Shown here in pieces: positions 32,794-42,719 of a stretch of DNA of 64,000 nt (the stretch's first letter is position 1; every line of letters begins with the position of its first letter). The stretch comes from an uncultured Chloroflexia bacterium (GTDB lineage Bacteria; Chloroflexota; Limnocylindria; Limnocylindrales; CSP1-4). The stretch is taken from contig CAWHYQ010000001.1 of the NCBI GenBank assembly GCA_963833705.1, positions 635,656 through 699,655 on the forward strand. The letters run 5' to 3'. The notes below the pieces were generated by a model, which was not told the origin of the DNA, searched no databases, and was given only the letters and a program-made list of their open reading frames with translations. The position numbers and the translations under genes were made by a program.

Positions 32794-32870
32794 TGGTGGG
32801 CGATACTGGATTCGAACCAGTGACCTCGCGGATGTGAACCGCGCGCTCTAACCGACTGAGCCAATCGCCC
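32794..32870 (-). tRNA. tRNA-Val (anticodon CAC), CCA encoded
   Basis: Minus strand reads GGGCGATTGGCTCAGTCGGTTAGAGCGCGCGGTTCACATCCGCGAGGTCACTGGTTCGAATCCAGTATCGCCCACCA. All four stems pair perfectly, the anticodon loop is TTCACAT, and the T-loop is TTCGAAT. Confidence 0.92.
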
Positions 32871-32910
32871 GAGGTACCGCCTGGCCGGACTACCGGCTCA
32901 TGACGTTCGG

Positions 32911-32988
32911 AAGGCGGAGGCGACGCTCCTGCGAGCCATCCGCCTGAGGAAGGCGGAGGCGACGCCCATGCGAGCCATCCGCCTGAGG
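32911..32988 (-). repeat. two tandem copies of a 39-nt hairpin-forming element (37/39 identical) between the DUF167 stop and tRNA-Val
   Basis: The plus-strand unit AAGGCGGAGGCGACGC(TCC/CCA)TGCGAGCCATCCGCCTGAGG occurs at 32911-32949 and 32950-32988. Each copy contains the inverted repeat AGGCGGA...TCCGCCT. Confidence 0.7.
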
Positions 32989-32989
32989 A

Positions 32990-33271
32990 TCATACCCGCA
33001 GGCCCGGCCATCGGGCAACGATCGCCTCCGGATCCACCCCTTCGACGACGATCAGCTTCTGGCGACTGCCGGCGCCCGCGACGATCCGGACGTCACGTCG
33101 GGCGATGCCGAGCTCGTCCGCGAGGAGCCTGACCAGGGCCGTGTTGGCGGCACCCTCCACCGCGGGCGCCATGACCCGGACCTTCAGGACACCGTCGACC
33201 ACGTCCTCGACGCGCTCGGTCGCGGATCGCGGGGTCACCCGGACGGCGAAGCGGACGTCTGGAGCGCTCAA
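32990..33271 (-). CDS. DUF167 (YggU-like) protein
   Basis: 93 aa. VRVTPRSATERVEDVVDGVLKVRVMAPAVEGAANTALVRLLADELGI fits the DUF167 pattern, in the usual position after yggS. Confidence 0.8.
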   Translation of the reverse strand: MSAPDVRFAVRVTPRSATERVEDVVDGVLKVRVMAPAVEGAANTALVRLLADELGIARRDVRIVAGAGSRQKLIVVEGVDPEAIVARWPGLRV

Positions 33272-33414
33272 GACCCCGGGAACGCGCGCCAGGGTGAGTC
33301 GGGACCGGCCCCGACGGCGCCGGGGAGCGGCGCAGGAAGCGGGTTGAGCGCGGATGCCACGCGGTCGAGTCTACCAGCCGACCGCGTCGGACCCGTCGGG
33401 TTCTCTGCTCGACC

Positions 33415-34143
33415 TCAGCCGGCCGGCTCGTCGTGATGGTGGCGCTCCCCGAACAGCGCCCGGCCGATGCGGACGATCGTGGCACCTTCCTCGACCGCCA
33501 CCTCGAAGTCGTCCGTCATCCCCATCGACAGGGCAGGCCCGATCCGAGCACCGCCGTCGCGCAGCCCGGCCGACAGCTCGCGCAGGCGGCGGAACGTCGA
33601 CCGCGCGGCCTCGGGGTCGTCAACCAGGCGACCGATCGTCATCAGGCCACCGACGTCGAGCGCATCGAGTCCGCCGATGCGCGCGACCGCAGTCCGCCAG
33701 GACGGCTGGGTCGAAGCCCGCCTTGGCCGGGTCGTCGTCCACGTTGACCTGGAGCAGGATCGGATAGCGCTCCCCGGGTCGGGCCTCCCGCGCGAGCCGA
33801 TCGAGACGCTCCGCGAGCTCGACCGAGTCGACCGACTGGATCGCCTCGAACAGCTCGAGCGCACGCCGGGCCTTGTTCGACTGCAGCGGTCCGACCAGGT
33901 GCCACCGGGCGCCCGGCACGTCCGGGCATCTTCGCCACGGCCTCCTGCACGCGGTTCTCGCGCGAGCAGGTCGAGCCCCGCCGCGACCGCGTCGCGAAGC
34001 GCGTCGGCATGCACGGTCTTCGAGACGGCAACGAGCGTGACCGAGGCCGGATCGCGGTCGGCCCGCGCGCAGGCGCGCTCGATGCGTCCGGCGACCAGGT
34101 CGCGGGCGGCACGGTACGCCTCGACGCGCGTGGGCGACGTCAT
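33415..34143 (-). pseudogene. yggS: YggS-family pyridoxal-phosphate homeostasis protein, three single-base frame changes
   Basis: The N-terminus (LVAVSKT with the PLP lysine) and the C-terminus (GLMTIG..., LSMGMTDDFEVAVEEGATIVRIGRALFG) are in one frame. The middle (GENRVQEAVAKMP, then VPGARWHLVGPLQSNKARR...QVNVDDDPAKAGFDP) is in the other two frames. Shifts lie near 33961, 33922 and 33700, and each is consistent with +1. Confidence 0.8.
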
Positions 34144-34188
34144 CGGTCCGACGCCATCAGTGGCTCGCCGGCGTCGCGCCGGCGCCGG

Positions 34189-35431
34189 TCACTTGCGGCG
34201 CAGGAAGCTCGGGATCTCCAGGTCGTCCGCGTCGTAGGTCGTGACCGGCCGCTTGGCCGGTTGGGCCTCGCCGACCGACCGTTCGACCCGCGGGACCGCG
34301 ACGGCCGCGGCCGCCTCGTCGTCACGACGCACGGGCGTCGGGTAGGCACCGCCGCCGTCCGCGACCTCGTCGCGCTGGCGCTGGAGCTCCTCGAGGAAGT
34401 CGCGCTCGCGCACCGGGCGGGACGTGATCGACAGGTCCATGACGCCCGTCGCCTCGTGGCGCGCGACATGGCGCTTCTTGCCGCCATCGAACCCGGTGGC
34501 GATGACCGTGATCATGACCTCGTCGCCGAGCCGCTCGTTGAAGCTCGTGCCGAAGATGATGTTGGCCTCGGGATCGGCCGCCGCGCGGATCTCCTCGGCG
34601 GCCTCGGTCACCTCGTACAGGCTGAGACTGGACGAGCCGGTGATGTTGAACAGGATGCCCTGGGCACCCGCGATGTCGACCTCCAGGAGCGGGCTGGCGA
34701 TCGCCTGGCGGGCCGCCTCCACGGCGCGGTTCTCGCCGGACGCCCGACCGATGCCCATGAGGGCGGAGCCGGCGTCCTTCATGATCGCGCGCACGTCGGC
34801 GAAGTCGAGGTTGATGAGACCGGGCATCGTGATGATGTCGCTGATGCCCTGGACGCCCTGGCGAAGGACATCGTCGACGACGCGGAATGCGTCGAGGATG
34901 CTGGTGTTCTTCTGGACGACGTCCTTGAGTCGATCGTTCGGGATCGTGATGAGCGTGTCGACCTGGGTCTTGAGCTCCTCGGCCGCCTTCTCCGCCACGA
35001 GCTTGCGCTTGGCGCCTTCGAACGCGAACGGCTTCGTCACCACGCCGATGGTGAGGGCGCCGCTCTCCTTGGCGATCTGGGCGACGACCGGGGCCGCGCC
35101 CGAACCGGTCCCGCCACCGAGTCCCGGCGGTGATGAAGACCATGTCCGAGTCGACGAGCGCCTGCGTGATCTTCTCCGAGTCCTCCTCGGCGGCACGCTG
35201 GCCGATGGAGGCATCGCCACCGGCGCCGAGACCGCGGGTGATCTTGTCTCCGATGCGGATCTTGTGGGGAGCGTCGGCCTGCAGCAGGGCCTGCGCGTCG
35301 GTGTTGCAGGCGATGAACTCGACGCCCATCATCTCGGCCCGGATCATCCGGTTGACCGCGTTGCTCCCGCCTCCTCCGACACCGATGACCCGGATGAGCG
35401 CGAAGTTCTCGGAATCGGAACGCAGCGGCAT
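34189..35431 (-). pseudogene. ftsZ: cell division GTPase FtsZ; frame broken by one extra base at about 35122
   Basis: The N-terminus is in ORF 34322-35671 ([17 protein letters not shown] ... DMVFITAG). The rest is in ORF 34189-35220 ([18 protein letters not shown]...). Removing the A in GCCGGG-A-CTCGGT restores [13 protein letters not shown]. The ATG at 35431 is preceded by GGAGGAGAGG. Confidence 0.9.
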
Positions 35432-35624
35432 CGGCCTCTCCTCCGGGGGCCCCGACGGGCCGGGACTGGTCATTCGGCCGGACCTCGACCTGGCGCTCGG
35501 CGTGCCCTGCGGGTCCGTGGATCGGTGGGAGTATATACCGCACGACCGGCGACCCGGCATGGTCGGTTCGGTGACGGAACGCCCGGGGGCGACTCGGCGG
35601 TGCGCCTCGGCAACGCCACGATGA

Positions 35625-36857
35625 CTACGGGAAGACGTTGCGCAGGGCGTCGCGCAGGCGACCCAGCCCACCCATCGCCGGGGCCGACTCGTAGCGGCTC
35701 GGCTCGCCCGAGGTCAGGCTCGTCGCACCCCACTGGAGGAGCCCGACCGCCGTGCTGTAGCTCGGGTTGAGCAGCGTGTCGACGAGGCCGCCGATGCCCG
35801 CCGGCGCGGCGACTCGGACCGGCATCTGGAGGACCTCGCGACCGAGCTCGGCGGCTCCCGCCAACTGGGCCGCGCCGCCGGTCAGGATGATGCCGGCCGG
35901 CAGCATGCCCACCCCGGCGGCCCGGATCTCGTTGCGAAGCAGTTCGAACGTCTCGCGCATCCGGGCCTCGATGATCTGGCAGACCTCGAGCCGGCTGACC
36001 GTCCGTCCGGCATCCTCGCCGAGGACCGACACGCCGATCTCCTCGTCCTCGCCGACGGCGCGCAGGTCGCACGTCCCGTGGCTGACCTTGAGCTCCTCGG
36101 CGACCTGGAGGCTCGTCTTGAGCCCGATGGCGACGTCGTTGGTCACGTTTGCACCGCCGACCGGCAGGACCCGGGTATGGAACGGTGAGCCGTCCTGGAA
36201 GAGGGCGAGGTCGATGGTGCCCGCCCCGAAGTCGGCCACCGCGACACCGAGTTCCTTCTCGGTCTCGGTCAGCACGGCCTCGGCCGAGGCCAGCGAGTCG
36301 ACCACCAGTTCATCGATCTTGACCCCGGCGGCGGCCACGCACTTGGACAGGTTCTGGACCGCGGTCGCGGACGCGGTGACGATGTGGACCTCCACCTCGA
36401 GACGCAGGGCACTCATGCCGAGCGGGTCCTTGACGCCCTCCTGGCCGTCGACCGTGAAGCCGCGCCGCTCGACGTGCAGGACGTCGCGGTTGGACGGGAT
36501 GGAGACGGCCCGGGCGACCTCGATGGCCCGGTTCACGTCCTCGCGGGTGACCTCGCGGTGGTGCGCGGTGACCGCCACCTGGCCGCGCGAGTTGAGGCTC
36601 TCGACGTGCTGTCCGCCGACGCCGACGAAGGCGCGATCGATCTTCCAGCCGGACAGCCGCTCGGCGCGCTCGACGGCGTCGGCGATGGAGCGGACGGTCT
36701 GATCGATGTTGATGACGACGCCCTTCTTCAGGCCCGAGGCGGGCACGGTGCCGTGGCCCATGATCGTCAGCCGACCGTCGCGACCCACCTCGCCGATGAG
36801 CGCGCAGACCTTGCTCGTGCCGACGTCGATGCCGACCAGGACCGCTTCTCGTTCCAC
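35625..36857 (-). CDS. ftsA: cell division protein FtsA
   Basis: 410 aa with a GTG start. The actin-like fold motifs [10 protein letters not shown] and [10 protein letters not shown] are present. Confidence 0.9.
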   Translation of the reverse strand: MEREAVLVGIDVGTSKVCALIGEVGRDGRLTIMGHGTVPASGLKKGVVINIDQTVRSIADAVERAERLSGWKIDRAFVGVGGQHVESLNSRGQVAVTAHHREVTREDVNRAIEVARAVSIPSNRDVLHVERRGFTVDGQEGVKDPLGMSALRLEVEVHIVTASATAVQNLSKCVAAAGVKIDELVVDSLASAEAVLTETEKELGVAVADFGAGTIDLALFQDGSPFHTRVLPVGGANVTNDVAIGLKTSLQVAEELKVSHGTCDLRAVGEDEEIGVSVLGEDAGRTVSRLEVCQIIEARMRETFELLRNEIRAAGVGMLPAGIILTGGAAQLAGAAELGREVLQMPVRVAAPAGIGGLVDTLLNPSYSTAVGLLQWGATSLTSGEPSRYESAPAMGGLGRLRDALRNVFP

Positions 36858-36888
36858 CGTATCGTCCGTCTCCGTTCCGTATCGAGGC

Positions 36889-37212
36889 CTACAGGAAGTG
36901 GCGCCGGATCAGGGCCACGTTGTCGAAGATGCGAAGGCCGAAGGTGATGAGGGCCACCAGGTAGAGATCGAGCCCGAGGCGATCGCCGATGAATGTCAGC
37001 AACACCGCGACGATCGCATTGACCAGGAACCCGCTGATGAAGATCCGATTGTCGTAGACCCCGTCGAGCTCCGCCCGGACCGCCCCGAGGACCGAATCGA
37101 GCGCGGCGAGGATCGCCACGGCTGAATACCGACTGAACTCGAAGCTGACATTGACATTGAGCACGAGCCCTGCAAGGACACCCACGAGAAGCCCAAGCAG
37201 GGGTAGCAGCAC
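36889..37212 (-). CDS. sbp: small basic protein Sbp (DUF1290)
   Basis: 107 aa with hydrophobic helices and AILAALDSVLGAVRAELDGVYDNRIFISGF...IRRHFL. The family and position (between ftsQ/divIB and ftsA) match Bacillus ylxX/sbp. Confidence 0.75.
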   Translation of the reverse strand: MLLPLLGLLVGVLAGLVLNVNVSFEFSRYSAVAILAALDSVLGAVRAELDGVYDNRIFISGFLVNAIVAVLLTFIGDRLGLDLYLVALITFGLRIFDNVALIRRHFL

Positions 37213-37288
37213 GGGGTGGTCGTCCTTGCTCCGTTGGTTTGGCCAAGGCTACCCGACGGCGCGGCGGCGCGCCAACTCGGAACGCCGG

Positions 37289-38254
37289 TCACGGTGCGGG
37301 GCTCGGGCTCGCGGACGCCTTCGCCGACGGCTTGGCGGTCGGCTTCGCCGTCGGCTTGGCGGTCGGTCGTGCGGTCGGCCTGGCGGTCGGCCGGGGGCTC
37401 GGTGTCGGCGACGGTTCCGGGGTGGCGTTGGGAATGTATGTGCCATCGGTATCCGACGCCAGGATGACCCGGTCGACGATCGGTTCGCGGCCGATGAGCA
37501 GGCTGCGCAGCAGGCGGACCTGCCCGGCGATCAGGTCGGTCGTGCGCTGGCTCGGCGTGTAGAAGCCGAATACCGCCGACCACCCGTCCGGCCGGGCTCG
37601 GACGACGAACCCGCTGTCATCGGTGACGAGGACGCCCAGCGCGGGAGCGGCGCTGCCGACGTCGGCCGGCGTCAGGGAGACGAGCCGGGTGGCCGCGTCG
37701 AGGTCGATCGGGTCGAGGCGGACGCCGACCGACAACGCGGTCGTCGAGAGGGCCCGCCGGTCGTCCACGATGCGCAGATCGGCCACCTCCGGTGGTGGCG
37801 CCTCCGGCACCTTGGCGAACAGGGTGCCGTCCGCGTCGACCAGGAATCGGTCCTCACCGACCTGCCAGATCAGGACGGGGACACGCTCCTGGAGCGTCAC
37901 CGCGAGCGTGCCCGGCAGCCTCACCTCGACCCGCGCGCCGGCGACGGTCGGGAGCGTCCGGAGGGCCGCCTCGAGGGGCGCCGTCGACAGTCGGAACAGG
38001 TTCTGGCCGTGGGCGTCGGCGAGGGCCGTCTCGACGGCCGCGGCGTCGGTCAGGTGCGCACCGTCCAGCTTGAGGGTGGTGTACTCGAAGGCCGATGAGG
38101 CCCCCACGCCGTAGATGGCCGAGGCGGAGACGAGCAACGCGAGCGCCGCCCCCGCCCGCGCGCCGGACAGCCCGGCGGAGGCGCGGCGGGTCGGTCGCGA
38201 CCGGCGAGTCGGGACGGGGGCACGACTGCGCCTGGCGACCGGCCGCCCGCTCAC
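37289..38254 (-). CDS. ftsQ: cell division protein FtsQ/DivIB with a C-terminal Pro/Thr/Ala/Lys repeat tail
   Basis: The GTG at 38254 overlaps the ddl stop (GTGA). It has a basic N-terminus, one TM segment and a POTRA-like region (LKLDGAHLTDAAAVETAL...VEVRLPGTLAVTLQER). The tail is PTARPTARPTAKPTAKPTAKPSAK. Confidence 0.75.
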   Translation of the reverse strand: MSGRPVARRSRAPVPTRRSRPTRRASAGLSGARAGAALALLVSASAIYGVGASSAFEYTTLKLDGAHLTDAAAVETALADAHGQNLFRLSTAPLEAALRTLPTVAGARVEVRLPGTLAVTLQERVPVLIWQVGEDRFLVDADGTLFAKVPEAPPPEVADLRIVDDRRALSTTALSVGVRLDPIDLDAATRLVSLTPADVGSAAPALGVLVTDDSGFVVRARPDGWSAVFGFYTPSQRTTDLIAGQVRLLRSLLIGREPIVDRVILASDTDGTYIPNATPEPSPTPSPRPTARPTARPTAKPTAKPTAKPSAKASASPSPAP

Positions 38255-39372
38255 CGGGGCAGGTCGCCCGTGACGAGCTGCCGGTCGGCGCGCGCCGCGA
38301 ACCGCTCGGCCCCGAGTTCCACGATCCGGGTGCATACCGTCCCGAACGTGTAGCCGGCCTCCGCCGGCAGCGTCGGGAACAGGCTGATCGGGGTGAATCC
38401 CGGGATCGTGTTGATCTCGGACAGGTAGATCGCGTCGTCGGCGGTCACCAGGAAGTCGATCCGCGCGAAGCCCTCGGCGCCGATCGCCCGGTACGCGTCA
38501 CGCGCGATCTTGTGCAGCGTGGCGCGCTGGCGATCGGAGACCTCTGCCCGCGTCGAGGTCTCGGACAGCCCGGGCGTGTACTTGGCGGCGTAGTCGTAGA
38601 ACTCATGGCCGGACACGATCTCGCCCGGACCATACAACTCCAGGCCCGCAGGGTCGTTGCCGATGACCGCGACCTCCAGGTCGCGGGCGCCGGGAAGGTA
38701 CGTCTCCGCGAGGACCAGCGTGTCGTGACGGAAGGCCACGGCCAGGGCGGCGTCGAGCTCGGCGGGTTCGTGGACGAGGGTCATCCCGACCGAACTCCCG
38801 AGCCGGGCGGGCTTGACCATCAGTCGTGGGTCCGCGGCGCCCGCGGCGAACGCCTCGAGTTCGCGGCGGACACCGGCCGGATCCGACCGCCAATGTGCGG
38901 AGCGGACCTCGCGCCAGTCGACGATCGGCAGTCCGATGCCGCGGCACATCCGCTTGAACAGGGTCTTGTCCATCCCGATCGAGGACGCGGCCACGCCCGA
39001 GCCCGTGTAGGCCAGGCCCGCGGCTTCGAGGAGCGCCTGGACGGTGCCATCCTCGCCGAACGGCCCGTGCAGGGCGATCACCACGACCGGGGCCGGCCGT
39101 GCCGCCGCCAGGCGGTCGAGTGCGTCACCGACCGCGATCGGTCCGTCTGCCCCGAGTGCCGCTGGGTCGTCGTACGCGTCGGGTGCGCGGTCGCCGCGGC
39201 GGTGACCGGGTGGCAGCCACCACCACGCGCCGGCGAGGTCCAGGAGCACGGCCTCGACCGGGTGACCTTCGTCGGCCAGGGCCGCCGCGATGGCCGTGCC
39301 CGAAACGACGGACACGTCGTGTTCGGCGGATGGTCCACCGAGGAGGACGACGACCGATGCGCGCTCGCTCAT
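38251..39372 (-). CDS. ddl: D-alanine--D-alanine ligase
   Basis: 373 aa. VVVLLGGPSAEHDVSVVSG N-terminus, ATP-grasp core, EINTIPGFT. Confidence 0.9.
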   Translation of the reverse strand: MSERASVVVLLGGPSAEHDVSVVSGTAIAAALADEGHPVEAVLLDLAGAWWWLPPGHRRGDRAPDAYDDPAALGADGPIAVGDALDRLAAARPAPVVVIALHGPFGEDGTVQALLEAAGLAYTGSGVAASSIGMDKTLFKRMCRGIGLPIVDWREVRSAHWRSDPAGVRRELEAFAAGAADPRLMVKPARLGSSVGMTLVHEPAELDAALAVAFRHDTLVLAETYLPGARDLEVAVIGNDPAGLELYGPGEIVSGHEFYDYAAKYTPGLSETSTRAEVSDRQRATLHKIARDAYRAIGAEGFARIDFLVTADDAIYLSEINTIPGFTPISLFPTLPAEAGYTFGTVCTRIVELGAERFAARADRQLVTGDLPR

Positions 39373-40334
39373 GCGGCCGTCTCCCAGCCGGTCCAGTCGC
39401 CGATGAACTCGACCTCGAACGCGAGGGCGATCCCGTGCTGTTCAAGCACGACCGCCCTCACCCGTTCGGCCAGCCGGCGCACATCCGCGGCGGTGCCCTT
39501 CCCGTCGTTGACGATGAAGTTGGCATGCTTCTCGGACACGACGGCACCGCCGATGCGGACGCCCTTCAGCCCGGCCGCCTCGATGAGTCGACCGGCGGAG
39601 TCCCCGGTCGGGTTGCGGAAGACACTGCCGGCCGAGGGCAGGCCGAGCGGCTGATGCGCCTGGCGCCAGTGGCGGATGTCGTCGAGGCGGGCCTTGATCG
39701 TGTCGGGGTCGGCCGGCGACAGGTGGAAGGTCGCCTCCACGACGAGGTCGCGCGGACCGCCGGCGGCGCCCGCCGGATCCTGCCCCTTGAACCGGCTGTC
39801 GCGGTACCCGAAGCCGAGGTCGGCCGCCGGCACGATCGATTCGCTCCCATCGGTCGCGAGTACGCGCGCCGACTCGAGCACGGACGCGACATCGGCCTCG
39901 TGGGCCCCGGCATTCGCCCAGACCGCGCCGCCGACCGAGCCCGGGATGGCCAGGCCGAATTCGAGGCCGGTCAACCCGGCACGCTGGCTCTCCGTGGCGG
40001 CGCGCGCCATCTGGACGCCGGCCTCGGCGGTGTAGCGCTCGCCGTCGACGCGCGATCCCTCCGCGCGGACCTGGATCACGAGGCCGCGCACGCCCGCGTC
40101 GGCGATGACCACATCGCTCCCGCGACCGAGGACGAGGTGGGGCAGTTCGCGCGTCCGGGCGAAGCGCACGAGTGCCCGCAGTTCGTGGGCGTTGTGGACC
40201 GTGGCGAACAGGTCGGCCGGGCCGCCGACACGCATCGTCGTGAACCGGCCGAGCGGCTCGTCACGCGACGTCTTGACCCCGATCCGACGCTGGATGTCCG
40301 TCCCGGTGGCGATCGGGTCGAATGGTGCGATCAT
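39369..40334 (-). CDS. murB: UDP-N-acetylenolpyruvoylglucosamine reductase
   Basis: 321 aa. FTTMRVGGPADLF, LVLGRGSDVV, GSVGGAVWANAGAH, and SAGSVFRNP with the catalytic Ser context. Confidence 0.9.
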   Translation of the reverse strand: MIAPFDPIATGTDIQRRIGVKTSRDEPLGRFTTMRVGGPADLFATVHNAHELRALVRFARTRELPHLVLGRGSDVVIADAGVRGLVIQVRAEGSRVDGERYTAEAGVQMARAATESQRAGLTGLEFGLAIPGSVGGAVWANAGAHEADVASVLESARVLATDGSESIVPAADLGFGYRDSRFKGQDPAGAAGGPRDLVVEATFHLSPADPDTIKARLDDIRHWRQAHQPLGLPSAGSVFRNPTGDSAGRLIEAAGLKGVRIGGAVVSEKHANFIVNDGKGTAADVRRLAERVRAVVLEQHGIALAFEVEFIGDWTGWETAA

Positions 40335-41491
40335 GCCGCCACGCCTCGCGCCAGGCGTTCGATGTCGGCTGGGTCCGGCAACGATCCGTGCGTCGCCACG
40401 GTCATGACCAGGTCGGCCACCGCGTCCGCAGCCCCTGGGCGACCGAGCGACCGCGCGGCCGCGGCCATAGCGGCGTGTGCGGACGGCTCGTGGAGCAGTC
40501 GGGCCGCATCGAGCAGCGCCTCGGCATCGAACGCCTCGTCATCGACGAGTCGAGCGGCACCCGCCTCGACCAGGCTCGCGGCATTGGCCCGCTGGTGCCC
40601 CGCCGCATGCGGGTACGGGACCACGACCATCGGCAGGCCGAGCGCTGTGGCCTCGGCCAGCGTCGACGATCCGCCGCGACCGATGAGGAGGTCCGCGGCG
40701 GCCAGGGCGGCGAGCATCGTGTCGCGCAGGAATGGATAGGGCCGGTAGCGGCGACGGCCCGCCTCGGGCAGCGTCTCGCGGCCGGCCAGCGCCGCGGCGT
40801 AACCATCCTCGCCCGTGACGTGGATGACCGTCGCCGCCTCGACAAGCCGCGGCAGCGCGTCGTGCACCGCGCCGTTGAAGCGGCGGACCGCCTGCGAGCC
40901 ACCGAAGATGAGCAGGACCCGTTCACCCGCGGGGATGTCGAGCTGTGCCCGCGCCGCGTCTCGATCGAGGGCACCGACGTCACGGATGGGGGTCCCCGTG
41001 ACGTAGCAGGGCCGCCCGGGCGCCGCCGCCGCGATCGTGCGACAGGTCGCCCCGAAGGACACGGCCAGCACGGCCGCCAACCGGGCGGTGGCGCGCACCG
41101 CCCGTCCGGGGATCACGTTGCCTTCCCACAGGACGACCGGGATGCGCAACGACGCGGCTGCCATCAGGACGGGCACCGCCACGTAGCCACCGGTGGTGAA
41201 GATGGCATCCGGCCGGTCGCGGGCGAGCAGGGCGGCCGCCTCGGGCACCGACGCGGCCAGGCGGACCGGGTCGAGGACGGCGTGGATGTCGGCCTCGGTC
41301 GTGCGGAGAGACCGGAGGGTCAGCCGATGGAGCGGGATGCCGGACGCGGGGACGAGGGTCGCCTCGAGGCCCCGATGGCCGCCCAGCCAGCGCAACGCCG
41401 GGGCGTCAGGATGCGCGCGGAGCGACCGAGCGACGGCGAGAGCCGGGTAGATGTGTCCGCCCGTCCCTCCGGCCGCGATCAGCAGTCGCAT
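40331..41491 (-). CDS. murG: undecaprenyldiphospho-muramoylpentapeptide beta-N-acetylglucosaminyltransferase
   Basis: 386 aa. MRLLIAAGGTGGHIYPALA and GGSSTLAEA motifs. Confidence 0.9.
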   Translation of the reverse strand: MRLLIAAGGTGGHIYPALAVARSLRAHPDAPALRWLGGHRGLEATLVPASGIPLHRLTLRSLRTTEADIHAVLDPVRLAASVPEAAALLARDRPDAIFTTGGYVAVPVLMAAASLRIPVVLWEGNVIPGRAVRATARLAAVLAVSFGATCRTIAAAAPGRPCYVTGTPIRDVGALDRDAARAQLDIPAGERVLLIFGGSQAVRRFNGAVHDALPRLVEAATVIHVTGEDGYAAALAGRETLPEAGRRRYRPYPFLRDTMLAALAAADLLIGRGGSSTLAEATALGLPMVVVPYPHAAGHQRANAASLVEAGAARLVDDEAFDAEALLDAARLLHEPSAHAAMAAAARSLGRPGAADAVADLVMTVATHGSLPDPADIERLARGVAA

Positions 41492-42719
41492 CGTCGTTCC
41501 ACGTCCCCTTTTCCACGGTCTCGCGCGAGATCGAGAGGAGGATCCCGACCGCCGCGAAGCTGATGATGAGGGATGACCCGCCGGCGCTGATGAACGGCAG
41601 GGTGATCCCGGTGATCGGCAGCAGCGCTACGACCACCCCGATATTGATGAACGCCTGGAGACACAGCCAGGCCGTGATGCCCGCCGCCAGGAGCGCCCCG
41701 AAGGTGTCGGGCGCGGCGAGGGCGATGCGGACGCCAGAGTAGGCCAGGATGAGGAACAGGGTGATGACGACGACGGCGCCGATCATCCCGAACTCCTGTC
41801 CGACCTCGGCGAAGATGAAGTCATTGAAGGCATTCGGGACGAACACGCGGCTCTCTCCGAGGCCCGTCCCGAACAGGCCGCCGACACCGAGCGCGAGGAG
41901 CCCCTGGACGGTGTGGAAGCCGTCCCCGAGGCGGTCGAGCCAGGGGTTCTGCCAGACGCGGATCCGGTCGAGCTGGTAGCCGTGCAGGCCGACCGCGAGC
42001 ATCGCGATCACGCCCGCCGTGCCCATCACCGCGAGGTGTATGAGGTTCGCCCCGGCCACGAAGAACATGGTGAAGGCGGTCAGCGTGATGACCCCGGTCG
42101 TCCCGAGGTCGGGCTCACGGAACACCAGGGCCACGACCGGGGTGAGGATGATCAGGAACGGCACCGTCCCGCCCCAGAACCCGCGCACCCCGGTCCCGCG
42201 CTTGGCGAACCAGTGCGCGAGATAGATGACCAGGGCGAGCTTGGCGATCTCGGCGGGGTGGATCGCCGGCAGCGGGCCGAGCTTCAGCCAGCGCGCGGAG
42301 CCACCGACCACGATGTTGAACTGCGGGACGAAGACGAGCACGAGAAGGACGATCGCGACCGCAAAGAACGGCACCGAGACGAGCCGCAGGTAGCGGTAGT
42401 CGACGCGCATCATGCCGGCCATCGCCAGCAGGCCGAGGATCGCCCACTGGATCTGCGGGCCGACCGTGGCGAACGTGTCGGCGTCCTGGGACAGATAACC
42501 CTTCAGGGCCGACGACGAGTAGACCATCAGGATGCCGATGGCGGTCAGCGCGACGACGACCACCAGGATGATGTAGTCGGCCTGGTGGCGCTCACGCCGG
42601 AGCGCCCCGGCCCGGCTCTTGACCGGCGTCCGGTTGGCCGTCGTCCGACTCTCCTCCTTGGCCGGCCCGGTCCCGGGACGGAGTCGTTCCAGGCGCGGGA
42701 TGGGCGGAGCGAGGTTCAT
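41406..42719 (-). CDS. ftsW: peptidoglycan glycosyltransferase FtsW (SEDS family)
   Basis: 437 aa with about 10 TM segments and SEDS blocks (FAEVGQEFGMIG, LPITGITLPFISAGGSSL). The 3' tail overlaps murG by 86 nt. Confidence 0.85.
   Translation of the reverse strand: MNLAPPIPRLERLRPGTGPAKEESRTTANRTPVKSRAGALRRERHQADYIILVVVVALTAIGILMVYSSSALKGYLSQDADTFATVGPQIQWAILGLLAMAGMMRVDYRYLRLVSVPFFAVAIVLLVLVFVPQFNIVVGGSARWLKLGPLPAIHPAEIAKLALVIYLAHWFAKRGTGVRGFWGGTVPFLIILTPVVALVFREPDLGTTGVITLTAFTMFFVAGANLIHLAVMGTAGVIAMLAVGLHGYQLDRIRVWQNPWLDRLGDGFHTVQGLLALGVGGLFGTGLGESRVFVPNAFNDFIFAEVGQEFGMIGAVVVITLFLILAYSGVRIALAAPDTFGALLAAGITAWLCLQAFINIGVVVALLPITGITLPFISAGGSSLIISFAAVGILLSISRETVEKGTWNDDATADRGRRDGRTHLPGSRRRSVAPRAS

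Noticed and set aside
35432-35624. An ftsZ-proximal promoter around the only AT-rich patch (TATATA at 35532-35537, minus strand).
   Set aside because: No acceptable -35 lies at 16-18 nt and there is no extended -10. It remains possible but is too weak to list as a feature.
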